A DNA stretch of 64,000 bases from an uncultured Alphaproteobacteria bacterium (GTDB lineage: Bacteria; Pseudomonadota; Alphaproteobacteria; HIMB59; GCA-002718135), in the NCBI GenBank assembly GCA_902607435.1, contig CACLJX010000001.1, positions 151,289 through 215,288 of the forward strand. The letters are read 5' to 3'. Numbering within the stretch: the first letter of the stretch is position 1; each line of letters opens with the position of its first letter. The notes under the pieces were generated by a model. The model ran no database searches and was not told the origin of the DNA. It saw nothing but the letters and a program-made list of their open reading frames with translations. Shown one piece after another: positions 19,581 through 28,248 of the stretch. Both the position numbers and the translations under genes were made by a program.

Positions 19581-20492
19581 TTAATTTTCATAAATAGAAA
19601 ACATTTTATCTAAAAGAATCAGGGCTTCTTTTTTTGTTCTTTGAAAGCAATTTCTTCCAACAATTGAACCGTTACCCCCGCCTTGTTTGATAGCTTTTAC
19701 CTCACTTAGAAGTTCATCATCATTTTTTGCTTCTCCACCTGAAAAAACAACTATTCTTCTTCCATTAAAACAACTTCTTTTTATTACTTTTACACGATCT
19801 AGAGCAGTATCAATTTCAATATTATTTTTTATAAACGCATCCTTAGTTGGATCGTCTTCAAGATAGGAGGTAGGAAGTTTTACTTTTATGATATGGGCTC
19901 CACAAAGACACGCCATGTGTGCTGCATAGCTGATAATATTAATAGCTGTTTCCCCTTTTTTTGACATGCTGCCTCTAGCATAAGACCACAAAACTGTAAT
20001 TAAGCCAGCTTCTTTTGCTTCTCTAAAAAGATTACACGCTTGTTCAATAAGTTTATAATTATATTCACTTCCTGGGTATATTGTAAATCCAACTCCAATG
20101 CAGTTAAGACGTAAAGCATCTCTGATATTTCCAGTTACTGCCTGATCTTTTATGCTTGTTAAAGAATTTGAGCTATTACATTTGAGAATGAAAGGAATTT
20201 TATTTGCAAAGGTAGAGACTCCTGATTCTATCATTCCCAAGGGTGCTGCAAATGCAGACATGCCTGCATCAATTGCAAATTGCACATGATAATGAGGATC
20301 ATAAGCTTCTGGATTAATGCCAAAGCTTCTGTCAGGTCCATGCTCAAAACCTTGGTCTACAGGATAAATAATTAACCTTCCTGTTCCACCAAGTCTTCCA
20401 AAATTTAGCAACTTCTCCAGATTTGTTAAGGATGAAACTTTATTGTCTACTTCATATTTACTTAAAATTTCATTTACTACTGTATTGTTCAT
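19581..20492 (-). CDS. Class I fructose-bisphosphate aldolase (DhnA/FbaB type)
   Basis: 303 aa. GTGRLIIYPVDQGFEHGP and IIKVKLP blocks typical of DeoC/FbaB-type class I aldolases. Confidence 0.85.
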   Translation of the reverse strand: MNNTVVNEILSKYEVDNKVSSLTNLEKLLNFGRLGGTGRLIIYPVDQGFEHGPDRSFGINPEAYDPHYHVQFAIDAGMSAFAAPLGMIESGVSTFANKIPFILKCNSSNSLTSIKDQAVTGNIRDALRLNCIGVGFTIYPGSEYNYKLIEQACNLFREAKEAGLITVLWSYARGSMSKKGETAINIISYAAHMACLCGAHIIKVKLPTSYLEDDPTKDAFIKNNIEIDTALDRVKVIKRSCFNGRRIVVFSGGEAKNDDELLSEVKAIKQGGGNGSIVGRNCFQRTKKEALILLDKMFSIYEN

Positions 20493-20911
20493 TTTTCGTT
20501 TATTAATAAGCTTTTATAAATTTTTGACTCAATATTTTTTATATTTGTAATGTCTATTACAGTAATTTTAGGATTTATAGAAATTTTATTTTTTTTAGCT
20601 ATTTGAGATAGTTTTAGCAAAGTATTTTTATCCCCTTCAACTCCAAGATAGTCTATTCTGTGGTTAACTAAGTTAATAAATAATCCATAGCTTTTTTTAC
20701 AATCTGCAAATATTTTAAATGTATTTTTGCTAAATTTTTTTAACAAAAGATTTCTAAATTCAATAATCCAATCAGGTCCAAAACCATTAATTATATAAAA
20801 TTGAATAAAAAAAATTGGAACTATTTTAATTTTTTTGCAAATAGATATAATTTTTAATGCTTGATTAAGAGTATTAACTTTAAGACAAAGGTATCTTTTA
20901 TTGGAATTCAC
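20489..20911 (-). CDS. Hypothetical protein embedded in the gap-fba operon
   Basis: 140 aa. No motif recognised. It starts immediately after the gap stop (0-nt spacer) and overlaps the aldolase start by 4 nt, so it is very likely co-translated with both. Confidence 0.55.
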   Translation of the reverse strand: MNSNKRYLCLKVNTLNQALKIISICKKIKIVPIFFIQFYIINGFGPDWIIEFRNLLLKKFSKNTFKIFADCKKSYGLFINLVNHRIDYLGVEGDKNTLLKLSQIAKKNKISINPKITVIDITNIKNIESKIYKSLLINEK

Positions 20912-21916
20912 TTACAAACATTTTCGTAAATCAAGCATAGTATCAATCATTCTGTTTGAAAAACCCCATTCATTGTCATACCATGATAAAATACGACAAA
21001 ATTTATTATTTATGACATATGTTTGAGTTAAATCAAATACTGAACTACTAGGATTATGATTAAAATCTATTGAAACTAAAGGAAGTTTATTAATACTTAA
21101 AATTCCTCTGAGATTTTTATTTTTTGAAGCTCTGATCATAAGATTATTAATTTGATCTACTGATGTTTTTTTCTTACTAACAAAAGTTAAATCTATTAAA
21201 GATACATTTGGTGTAGGAACTCTAATGGCTGTTCCGTCAAGTTTACCTGCAAGTTTAGGCAAAACAATCCCAAGTGCTTTTGCTGCCCCGGTTGAAGTAG
21301 GAATCAGTGATACCGAGGCCGTTCGTGCTCTTCTTAGATCATCATGTGCTTGGTCAATGGTCCTTTGATCACCAGTAAAGCTATGGATTGTAGTCATAAA
21401 ACCTGATTCAATGCCTAAATATTTATCAAGAATCATAGCTACAGGAGCAAGACAGTTAGTCGTACAAGATCCATTCGATATAATTTGATGTTTTTTATTT
21501 AGAGTTTGATTGTTTACTCCTTGTACAATTGTTGCATCAACATTTTTTGCTGGAGCTGAGATAATAACTTTTTTTGCACCTGCAACAATATGGGAATAAG
21601 ATTTTTCTTTTGAAGCAAAAACACCGCTACATTCTAAAACAATATCTATTTTTAACTTTTTCCATGGGAGTTTTGTAGGATCTTTTTCTGAATAAAATAA
21701 AATATTATTATTATTATATATTATAGAGTTTTTTGTTTTAATAATATTTTCTTTCAATTGACCATGACCGCTGTCAAATTTTAACAAATGATAACTAGAA
21801 TCCAGTGATCCAAGTTCATTAATGGCTATAATATTTACTCCTTTAATTTTTTTTTCAAGAAAAGCTCTAAATACAAGTTTTCCAATTCTTCCAAAACCAT
21901 TTATTGCTACTCTCAT
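20912..21916 (-). CDS. gap: Glyceraldehyde-3-phosphate dehydrogenase
   Basis: 334 aa. MRVAINGFGRIGK N-terminus and active site SNGSCTTNCLAP. Confidence 0.95.
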   Translation of the reverse strand: MRVAINGFGRIGKLVFRAFLEKKIKGVNIIAINELGSLDSSYHLLKFDSGHGQLKENIIKTKNSIIYNNNNILFYSEKDPTKLPWKKLKIDIVLECSGVFASKEKSYSHIVAGAKKVIISAPAKNVDATIVQGVNNQTLNKKHQIISNGSCTTNCLAPVAMILDKYLGIESGFMTTIHSFTGDQRTIDQAHDDLRRARTASVSLIPTSTGAAKALGIVLPKLAGKLDGTAIRVPTPNVSLIDLTFVSKKKTSVDQINNLMIRASKNKNLRGILSINKLPLVSIDFNHNPSSSVFDLTQTYVINNKFCRILSWYDNEWGFSNRMIDTMLDLRKCL

Positions 21917-21926
21917 GATATAACGT

Positions 21927-23897
21927 CTATATATTGTTTTTTATTAAATTTATTAAATTTGTTGAAGTTAAATCAAAATGCTCATATAATTTTTTATATG
22001 GTCCACTAGAACCAAATTTACTCATTCCTAGAAAGTTTTTGGTTGGCATGTATTTTTCCCATCCATTTATAACTCCTGCTTCTATACCAAATAGAGGTTT
22101 GTTTCCTAATATTTTGTTTTGATATTCAATACTTTGTTTTGTAAATAATTCCCAAGAAGGAAAAGAAATAATACGAACGTTAATTTTTTCTTTTAATAAG
22201 ATATTTGAACTTTGAACTGCAATTTCAACTTCAGAGCCTGTTGCTAAAATTGTAGCATCGTAATTATCAAAGTCAATTATTGGATATGCACCAAGTTGTA
22301 CAAGGTTTTTTTTGCTATCTACATTTCTAATGAAAGGCAGATTTTGCCTTGTTAGAACTAAAATAGTTGGTGTATTAGTTTCATTTAAAGCACAATGCCA
22401 AGCTTCTATTGTTTCAATAATATCGCATGGTCTAATGACATTCAGATTAGGAATAGATCTCAAAGAAGAAAGATGTTCAATTGGTTGATGTGTTGGTCCA
22501 TCTTCTCCTAAACCGATAGAATCATGAGTCATAACGTAAATTATTGGCAATCCCATAAGTGCAGCTAAACGAATAGAAGGTCGACAATAATCTGTAAATA
22601 TTAAAAAAGTTCCACCATATACTCTAAGACCCTTGTGTATTGATAAACCATTCATGATAGCAGCCATAGCATGTTCTCTTACACCGTAATAAATGTATCT
22701 GCCTGAAAAATCATATTTAGTAATTGGTTTTGATTCTTTCGTTTTAGTATTATTTGAACCAGTAAGATCTGCAGAACCTCCAATTAAATTTTCTATATGT
22801 GAAACAAATATCTCTAGTGATAATTCACTTGCTTTTCTAGTTGCACAATTAGTTTTTTCATTGAAATGATGATGTTTAAAATTATTAATTTGTTCTAATA
22901 AATCAGAAGAAATTTTTTGCTCAAAATATTTTTTATGTGTTTCATTATGCACTATTTTTTTATAATTTTGTTCCCATTTATTTTTCTTTTCCTCATTTCT
23001 TTTAAAAAATTCTCTCCATTCATTAATCAAATTTTGTGGAATTTCAAATGGAGGATGTAACCAACCTAGTATTTTTCTTGTTAATTCTACTTCTTTTTCA
23101 CCAAGTGGAGAACCATGAGATGCAGCAGTCATTTCTTTATTAGGAGAACCAAATCCAATTTTAGTTTTACAAGCAATCAATGTTGGATGATGATTTGTTT
23201 TAGCTATTTTTATTGCTGTTGAAATTTTTTTATGATTGTGACCATCAATTGAAATAGTATCCCATCCATATGATTGAAATCTTTTTATATGATCTTCTGA
23301 TACAGATAATTTAGTTGGACCATCAATAGAAATAGAATTATCATCAAAAAAAACAATTATTTTTGACAAATTTAAGTGGCCAGCTAAACTACATGCCTCA
23401 TGACTAAGACCTTCCATTAGGCATCCATCACCTACGAAAACATAGGTGTAATGATCTATGACCTCTTTTCCAAATTTAGCATTTAATATTTTTTCTGCAA
23501 GGGCCATACCAACACCATTAGCCAAGCCCTGAGCTAATGGACCAGTTGTTGTTTCAACCCCTTCAATCTCTCCATATTCTGGATGTCCAGCAGTTGGGGA
23601 GTTTAATTGCCGAAAATTTTTAATATCGTCTAATGTAATGCTTTTGTATCCAGTTAGATATAAACATGCGTATAATAGCATTGAACCGTGACCGTTTGAC
23701 AAAATAAATCTATCTCTATCTATCCAATTTGGATCATTAGGATCAAATTTTAGAAAATCTTTAAATAAAACTGTAGCAATATCAGCCATACCCATAGGCA
23801 TACCTGGATGACCCGAATTAGCTTTTTGAACAGCATCAATTGATAAAAATCTAATGCAATTTGCCAGCTGATTTAAATTTATTGAGTTTTTTGACAA
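21927..23897 (-). CDS. tkt: Transketolase
   Basis: 656 aa. SGHPGMPMGMADIA, the ThDP motif GDGCLMEGLSHEA and THDSIGLGEDGPTHQP. Confidence 0.96.
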   Translation of the reverse strand: MSKNSINLNQLANCIRFLSIDAVQKANSGHPGMPMGMADIATVLFKDFLKFDPNDPNWIDRDRFILSNGHGSMLLYACLYLTGYKSITLDDIKNFRQLNSPTAGHPEYGEIEGVETTTGPLAQGLANGVGMALAEKILNAKFGKEVIDHYTYVFVGDGCLMEGLSHEACSLAGHLNLSKIIVFFDDNSISIDGPTKLSVSEDHIKRFQSYGWDTISIDGHNHKKISTAIKIAKTNHHPTLIACKTKIGFGSPNKEMTAASHGSPLGEKEVELTRKILGWLHPPFEIPQNLINEWREFFKRNEEKKNKWEQNYKKIVHNETHKKYFEQKISSDLLEQINNFKHHHFNEKTNCATRKASELSLEIFVSHIENLIGGSADLTGSNNTKTKESKPITKYDFSGRYIYYGVREHAMAAIMNGLSIHKGLRVYGGTFLIFTDYCRPSIRLAALMGLPIIYVMTHDSIGLGEDGPTHQPIEHLSSLRSIPNLNVIRPCDIIETIEAWHCALNETNTPTILVLTRQNLPFIRNVDSKKNLVQLGAYPIIDFDNYDATILATGSEVEIAVQSSNILLKEKINVRIISFPSWELFTKQSIEYQNKILGNKPLFGIEAGVINGWEKYMPTKNFLGMSKFGSSGPYKKLYEHFDLTSTNLINLIKNNI

Positions 23898-23981
23898 TGT
23901 ATTCTCTGATTCATAGTATATTTATACTATTATTTAAACTCATTAAAGTGACATTTTTTATAAAAAAAACTATAAACAGTT

Positions 23982-24164
23982 ATGGATCCAATTTTAAAAA
24001 TTAAAGAACTAAACTCAAATATTGATAAAATTGAGCAGCTTGCAGATGATTTAATAGATAGTCTTGCTAGCAAAAGGAAAAAAATTGATCATTTGAAAGA
24101 GCAAATTGAAAGCAATATTAAACAAATTGATGAAATAATAGAAGATTATAATGCCAGTTCTTGA
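23982..24164 (+). CDS. Small coiled-coil protein upstream of zapA (DUF4164-like)
   Basis: 60 aa, entirely heptad-like. Overlaps zapA by 14 nt. A similar small coiled-coil gene precedes zapA in other alphaproteobacteria as far as I remember. Confidence 0.45.
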   Translation: MDPILKIKELNSNIDKIEQLADDLIDSLASKRKKIDHLKEQIESNIKQIDEIIEDYNASS

Positions 24165-24585
24165 AATAGAGATATTGGGTTCTAAAATTGAAATTAATTA
24201 TCAAAAAGGAGAAAAAGAAAAACTTCTTGATTTAATTGATAATTTTAAAAAAAGATTGTTAGAATTTAAAGATTTACAAGGAAAAACAACTGATAATAAA
24301 ATATTATTTTTTGCTGCTTTAAAAGCGGAGGATGTTATTGTAGATTTAAATGAAAAGTTGTTACAACAAGATAAAAAAAAGCAACTATTTGAAAATAAAA
24401 GTTTGGAATTAGATACTAAGGTTAAAGAAATAATAAAGCTTAAAGATCACATACTAGAATTAAATACAGATAATAAAAAATTGGATGATCTCAACAGAAC
24501 ATTTATTAATGAAATTGATAAAACAAACGTCAAATTATCTTCTTTGATTAAGAAAATATTATTTAAAAATAATGACTACGATTGA
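24151..24585 (+). CDS. zapA: Cell division protein ZapA-like
   Basis: 144 aa. N-terminal ZapA-like beta region (VLEIEILGSKIEINYQKGEKEKLLDLIDNF), a long C-terminal coiled coil and the conserved position upstream of 5-formyl-THF cyclo-ligase. Confidence 0.7.
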   Translation: MPVLEIEILGSKIEINYQKGEKEKLLDLIDNFKKRLLEFKDLQGKTTDNKILFFAALKAEDVIVDLNEKLLQQDKKKQLFENKSLELDTKVKEIIKLKDHILELNTDNKKLDDLNRTFINEIDKTNVKLSSLIKKILFKNNDYD

Positions 24586-25150
24586 ATTAAAGAAAAATAT
24601 CCAAAGACTTTCCTCTTCAAAAAAAAGATTATTAATAAAAAAAAATAATCTCAAAGCTCATTATGAATTACACAAACAAATACTGAATTTTCAAAATTTC
24701 AAAAATTCTCAAATTATAGCTAGCTTCATTTCTATTAAAACAGAAATCTCAATGAGTATATTAAATCGTTTTTTAGAAACATCTAAAAAAAAAATCTGCC
24801 TACCTATTATAAAAGATAATTTACATTATTTAATTTTTAGAGAATTTAATAAAAAATCAATTTTAAAAAAAGGTAAATTTGGAATATTAGAGCCAGATGA
24901 TAAAAGCAAAGAATTACTTCCAGATTTTATTTTAACACCATGTTTGGCCTTTGATAAATTTGGTTATCGTTTGGGATATGGAGGAGGGTATTATGATAGG
25001 ACATTTGATAAATTAAAAGATTTAAATCATACTTTTATTTCAGTTGCAGTAGCATATGAAGATCAAAAAGTTAATAAAGTAGTTCATGATCAATACGATA
25101 AAAAAATTGATTATATTTTGACAGAAAAAGTATTATATAAAACTATATGA
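24572..25150 (+). CDS. 5-formyltetrahydrofolate cyclo-ligase
   Basis: 192 aa. C-terminal block GYRLGYGGGYYDR typical of the 5-FCL (YgfA) family. Confidence 0.88.
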   Translation: MTTIELKKNIQRLSSSKKRLLIKKNNLKAHYELHKQILNFQNFKNSQIIASFISIKTEISMSILNRFLETSKKKICLPIIKDNLHYLIFREFNKKSILKKGKFGILEPDDKSKELLPDFILTPCLAFDKFGYRLGYGGGYYDRTFDKLKDLNHTFISVAVAYEDQKVNKVVHDQYDKKIDYILTEKVLYKTI

Positions 25151-25935
25151 AAATTATATTTATAGGAGATATTGTTGGTCGTTGTGGTAGGGAAGCTGTT
25201 TTAAACAATTTATCAATTTTAAAAAAAAAATTTAAACCCGAAGTAATAATAGCTAATGCAGAAAATGCCGCCTCAGGATATGGTTTAACAAAAAAAATTG
25301 CTAATGAATTAATTGATCAAAATATTGATGTTTTAACATTAGGTAATCATTCTTGGGATCAAAAGGAGATGTTATCATATATTGAAGAGTGTCCAAAAAT
25401 AATAAGACCAATGAATTATCCCATGGGAGTACCTGGTAGAGGAGAGTATAAGATAATGCTTGATGATGAGAGATCATTACTAGTTATCCAAGTAATGCTA
25501 AGATTGTTTATGGGTGCACCCTTAGATGATCCTTTCGCAATACTATCAAATCGTTTGTCATCTGAATTTTTAGGTAATACAAGTAATAGTATTTTAATCG
25601 ACTTACATGGTGAAGCTACTTCAGAAAAAAATGCTTTTGCACACTATTTTGATGGTAAAGTTACTGCAATACTAGGAACTCATACACATATTCCAACAGC
25701 AGATGAAAGAATACTTGATAATAAAACAGCCTATCAAACTGATGTAGGTATGACAGGTGACTATAATTCTGTAATTGGTATGGACAAAGAAAGCCCAATT
25801 CATCAATTTACTAAGGGCTATAGGTTGGAAGGACGGTTTATACCAGCAACAGGAAAAGCAAGAATATGCGGCTCATTTATAGAAAGTAATGATAAAACTG
25901 GATTGGCTGAACATATAGAATCTTTTCAATTTTAA
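25147..25935 (+). CDS. YmdB-like metallophosphoesterase (TIGR00282 family)
   Basis: 262 aa. MKIIFIGDIVGRCGREAV, ANAENAASGYG, GNHSWD and GTHTHIPTAD blocks. Confidence 0.88.
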   Translation: MKIIFIGDIVGRCGREAVLNNLSILKKKFKPEVIIANAENAASGYGLTKKIANELIDQNIDVLTLGNHSWDQKEMLSYIEECPKIIRPMNYPMGVPGRGEYKIMLDDERSLLVIQVMLRLFMGAPLDDPFAILSNRLSSEFLGNTSNSILIDLHGEATSEKNAFAHYFDGKVTAILGTHTHIPTADERILDNKTAYQTDVGMTGDYNSVIGMDKESPIHQFTKGYRLEGRFIPATGKARICGSFIESNDKTGLAEHIESFQF

Positions 25936-26020
25936 TTATTTTTCACATAATAGACATAAATTAATGGAATAGAATGAAAATACTTTACTAGTAACGTATT
26001 AAGAATTTATACAAGAGTTT

Positions 26021-26770
26021 ATGGCGGGTCATTCAAAATTTAAAAATATTATGCATCGTAAAGGCGCTCAAGATAAAAAAAGAGCAAAAATATTTTCACG
26101 AATAGGAAAAGAGATTTCAATCTCAGTAAAAATTGGCGGTTCAGATTCAGATAGCAATATAAGACTTAGATCAGCAATCATTGCTGCTAAAGCACTTAAT
26201 ATGCCTAAAATTAATATTGAAAGAGCTATTAAAAAAGGTGAAGGCAATGACCCTAATTCAAATTATGAAGAAATTCGATATGAAGGTTATGGTCCCGCAG
26301 GAATAGCAATAATTGTTGAAGCAATGACTAATAACAAAAACAGAACAGCTGCAGAGATTCGTTCAATTTTTGGGAAGTTTGGAGGCAACCTTGGCGAGAC
26401 AGGGAGTGTTATTTATAGTTTTAAAAGATATGGAGCAATATCTCTTGATAAAAAATTAGCAAACGAAGATGAGTTATTTGAATTTTTAGTTGATCATGAA
26501 TCAAAAGACCTAGAAGTTAATGAAGATGAATATGTGATTTATTGTGATCAAAATAATCTACACACTCTCAATGAAAGTGTTATTCAAAAATTTGGGAAAA
26601 CCACATCTTCTCAATTAACTTGGAAAAGTGAAAACAATATTAATGTTCAAAAAGATACAGCAGAACAATTATTTAAATTACTTAATAATCTTGAAGATAA
26701 CGAGGATGTTCAAAATGTTTCAGCAAATTTCGAAGTGAGCGAAGAAGTTTTGCAAGCATTAACACAGTAA
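26021..26770 (+). CDS. yebC: YebC/PmpR family DNA-binding transcriptional regulator
   Basis: 249 aa. MAGHSKFKNIMHRKGAQDKKRAKIF N-terminus is diagnostic. Confidence 0.95.
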   Translation: MAGHSKFKNIMHRKGAQDKKRAKIFSRIGKEISISVKIGGSDSDSNIRLRSAIIAAKALNMPKINIERAIKKGEGNDPNSNYEEIRYEGYGPAGIAIIVEAMTNNKNRTAAEIRSIFGKFGGNLGETGSVIYSFKRYGAISLDKKLANEDELFEFLVDHESKDLEVNEDEYVIYCDQNNLHTLNESVIQKFGKTTSSQLTWKSENNINVQKDTAEQLFKLLNNLEDNEDVQNVSANFEVSEEVLQALTQ

Positions 26771-26783
26771 GAAAGGATATTTA

Positions 26784-27086
26784 ATGGCAGACAAAGCATG
26801 GAAACGTAGAGAAAGAGAAGTTGCTAGTTACTTTAATGGAGTAAGAACTTCTTTAAGTGGTATTAACAGTAAAGTTACAAGAGCCGATGTTATTCATGAA
26901 GAACTATTTGTAGAATGTAAATTGCGAGCAAAACATTCAGTAGTTTCTCTTTGGGATGATACGGCAAAACTAGCTAAAGATGAAGGTAAAACACCAGTAA
27001 TAGCACTTTGTGAGAAAAATCGTCCAGGGTTTTGGGTGATGGTTCATAGCAGTGATTTAGAAAAAATAAAAAAGGATAAAAATTAA
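26784..27086 (+). CDS. Small PD-(D/E)XK-type nuclease candidate (Hjc-like resolvase fold?)
   Basis: 100 aa with its own SD (GAAAGGA, 6-nt spacer). Ordered motif E12 (REREV), SG, D35 (RADVIH), E44-x-K46 (FVECK) and a distal PVIAL..GFWVMV block resemble the archaeal Hjc catalytic core by eye. The coding call is solid. The function is an inference. Confidence 0.5.
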   Translation: MADKAWKRREREVASYFNGVRTSLSGINSKVTRADVIHEELFVECKLRAKHSVVSLWDDTAKLAKDEGKTPVIALCEKNRPGFWVMVHSSDLEKIKKDKN

Positions 27087-27090
27087 ATAC

Positions 27091-27810
27091 ATGGAAACAG
27101 CAATAACTTCAGTAGAATTATCTTCGACAGCAGTTGATTTTTCATTAGTATCTTTATTTTTAAGAGCTGATTTAGTTGTTAAGTCTGTGATTATTATTCT
27201 AATTGTTTCATCTATATGGTCATGGAAAATTATTGTTGAAAAATTAGTTAGGATGAAAAGGTTAAAACAACTTGAGAGTGAATTTGATGAAATTTTTTGG
27301 TCAGGCAATTCTTTTGAAGATTTATATGAAACATTTAATTATAATCAGAACGATCCTAAATCTACAATATTTTGTGCTGCAATAGAAGAATGGAAAAAAT
27401 CTAATCAATCTATTAGAGATAATAATCCGTTAAATTTAGATTCACTTAAAGAAAGAATGAATAGATCTATGCAAGTTACTTTTAATAAAGAAACAGAATT
27501 AATTGAAAAAAATTTAACCTTTTTAGCAACCGCTGGTTCCACCTCTCCTTTTATTGGTTTATTTGGAACAGTTTGGGGTATAATGAACAGTTTTCAATCA
27601 ATTGCAATTGCACAAAATACTAATTTGTCAGTAGTTGCGCCAGGCATAGCTGAGGCATTATTTGCAACTGCTCTCGGACTATTTGTGGCGATTCCAGCGG
27701 TGGTTTCATATAATAAAATTACAAGCGACTTATCAAAATATTTTTTATCTTTAGAAACATTTATAAATGAATTCACCACAATTTTTTTTAGACAACTTGA
27801 GAATAAATAA
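27091..27810 (+). CDS. tolQ: Tol-Pal system protein TolQ
   Basis: 239 aa. MotA/TolQ/ExbB channel pattern (LATAGSTSPFIGLFGTVWGIMNSF, VAPGIAEALFATALGL). Confidence 0.93.
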   Translation: METAITSVELSSTAVDFSLVSLFLRADLVVKSVIIILIVSSIWSWKIIVEKLVRMKRLKQLESEFDEIFWSGNSFEDLYETFNYNQNDPKSTIFCAAIEEWKKSNQSIRDNNPLNLDSLKERMNRSMQVTFNKETELIEKNLTFLATAGSTSPFIGLFGTVWGIMNSFQSIAIAQNTNLSVVAPGIAEALFATALGLFVAIPAVVSYNKITSDLSKYFLSLETFINEFTTIFFRQLENK

Positions 27811-27812
27811 AA

Positions 27813-28241
27813 TTGATTATTTCAAAACGAAATTCAGTTAAAAATAGTAAGAAATACTCACTTATGAGTGAAATTAATGTCACTCCTTTTGTTGATGTAA
27901 TGCTTGTCTTGTTGATTGTTTTTATGGTGACTGCGCCATTATTAACAGTTGGCATTCCAGTTGATCTTCCTAAAGTAAAAGCAAGTGCACTAACTGATCA
28001 AAGAGATCCTCTTGAGATAACAATTAAACTAGATGGAAGTGTTTATCTAGGAGACACCCCAGTAAAAGTTGAAAACTTAATTTCTAGATTAAATGCTATC
28101 ACAGATCAGAATAGTGAAACAAGAATTTATGTAAAAGGAGATAGAGTAGTAGCTTATGGTCGAATTATGGAAATAATGTCTCTTATTAATTCTGCTGGTT
28201 ATGTAAAAGTTGCTTTGATAGTCCAGAATACTCCTGATTAG
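27813..28241 (+). CDS. tolR: Tol-Pal system protein TolR
   Basis: 142 aa. SEINVTPFVDVMLVLLIVFMVTAP is the ExbD/TolR signature. The TTG start at 27813 gives the basic cytoplasmic N-tail expected for TolR. The first ATG (27864) would leave only 1 residue before the signature. Confidence 0.88.
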   Translation: MIISKRNSVKNSKKYSLMSEINVTPFVDVMLVLLIVFMVTAPLLTVGIPVDLPKVKASALTDQRDPLEITIKLDGSVYLGDTPVKVENLISRLNAITDQNSETRIYVKGDRVVAYGRIMEIMSLINSAGYVKVALIVQNTPD

Positions 28242-28248
28242 ATTTTAA

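Noticed and set aside
24572-24585. I looked for a 6S RNA (ssrS) gene between zapA and 5-formyl-THF cyclo-ligase, the conserved location in many proteobacteria.
   Set aside because: The two CDSs overlap by 14 nt. The zapA reading frame stays open through a coiled-coil-like C-terminus, so there is no room for a roughly 180-nt RNA gene. If 6S RNA exists it is elsewhere. A covariance-model scan (Rfam RF00013) of the genome would settle it.
25985-25994. A perfect 10-bp palindrome, TTACTAGTAA, upstream of yebC, considered as a possible operator.
   Set aside because: Short AT-rich palindromes are expected by chance at this base composition. It has no second copy or flanking symmetry.
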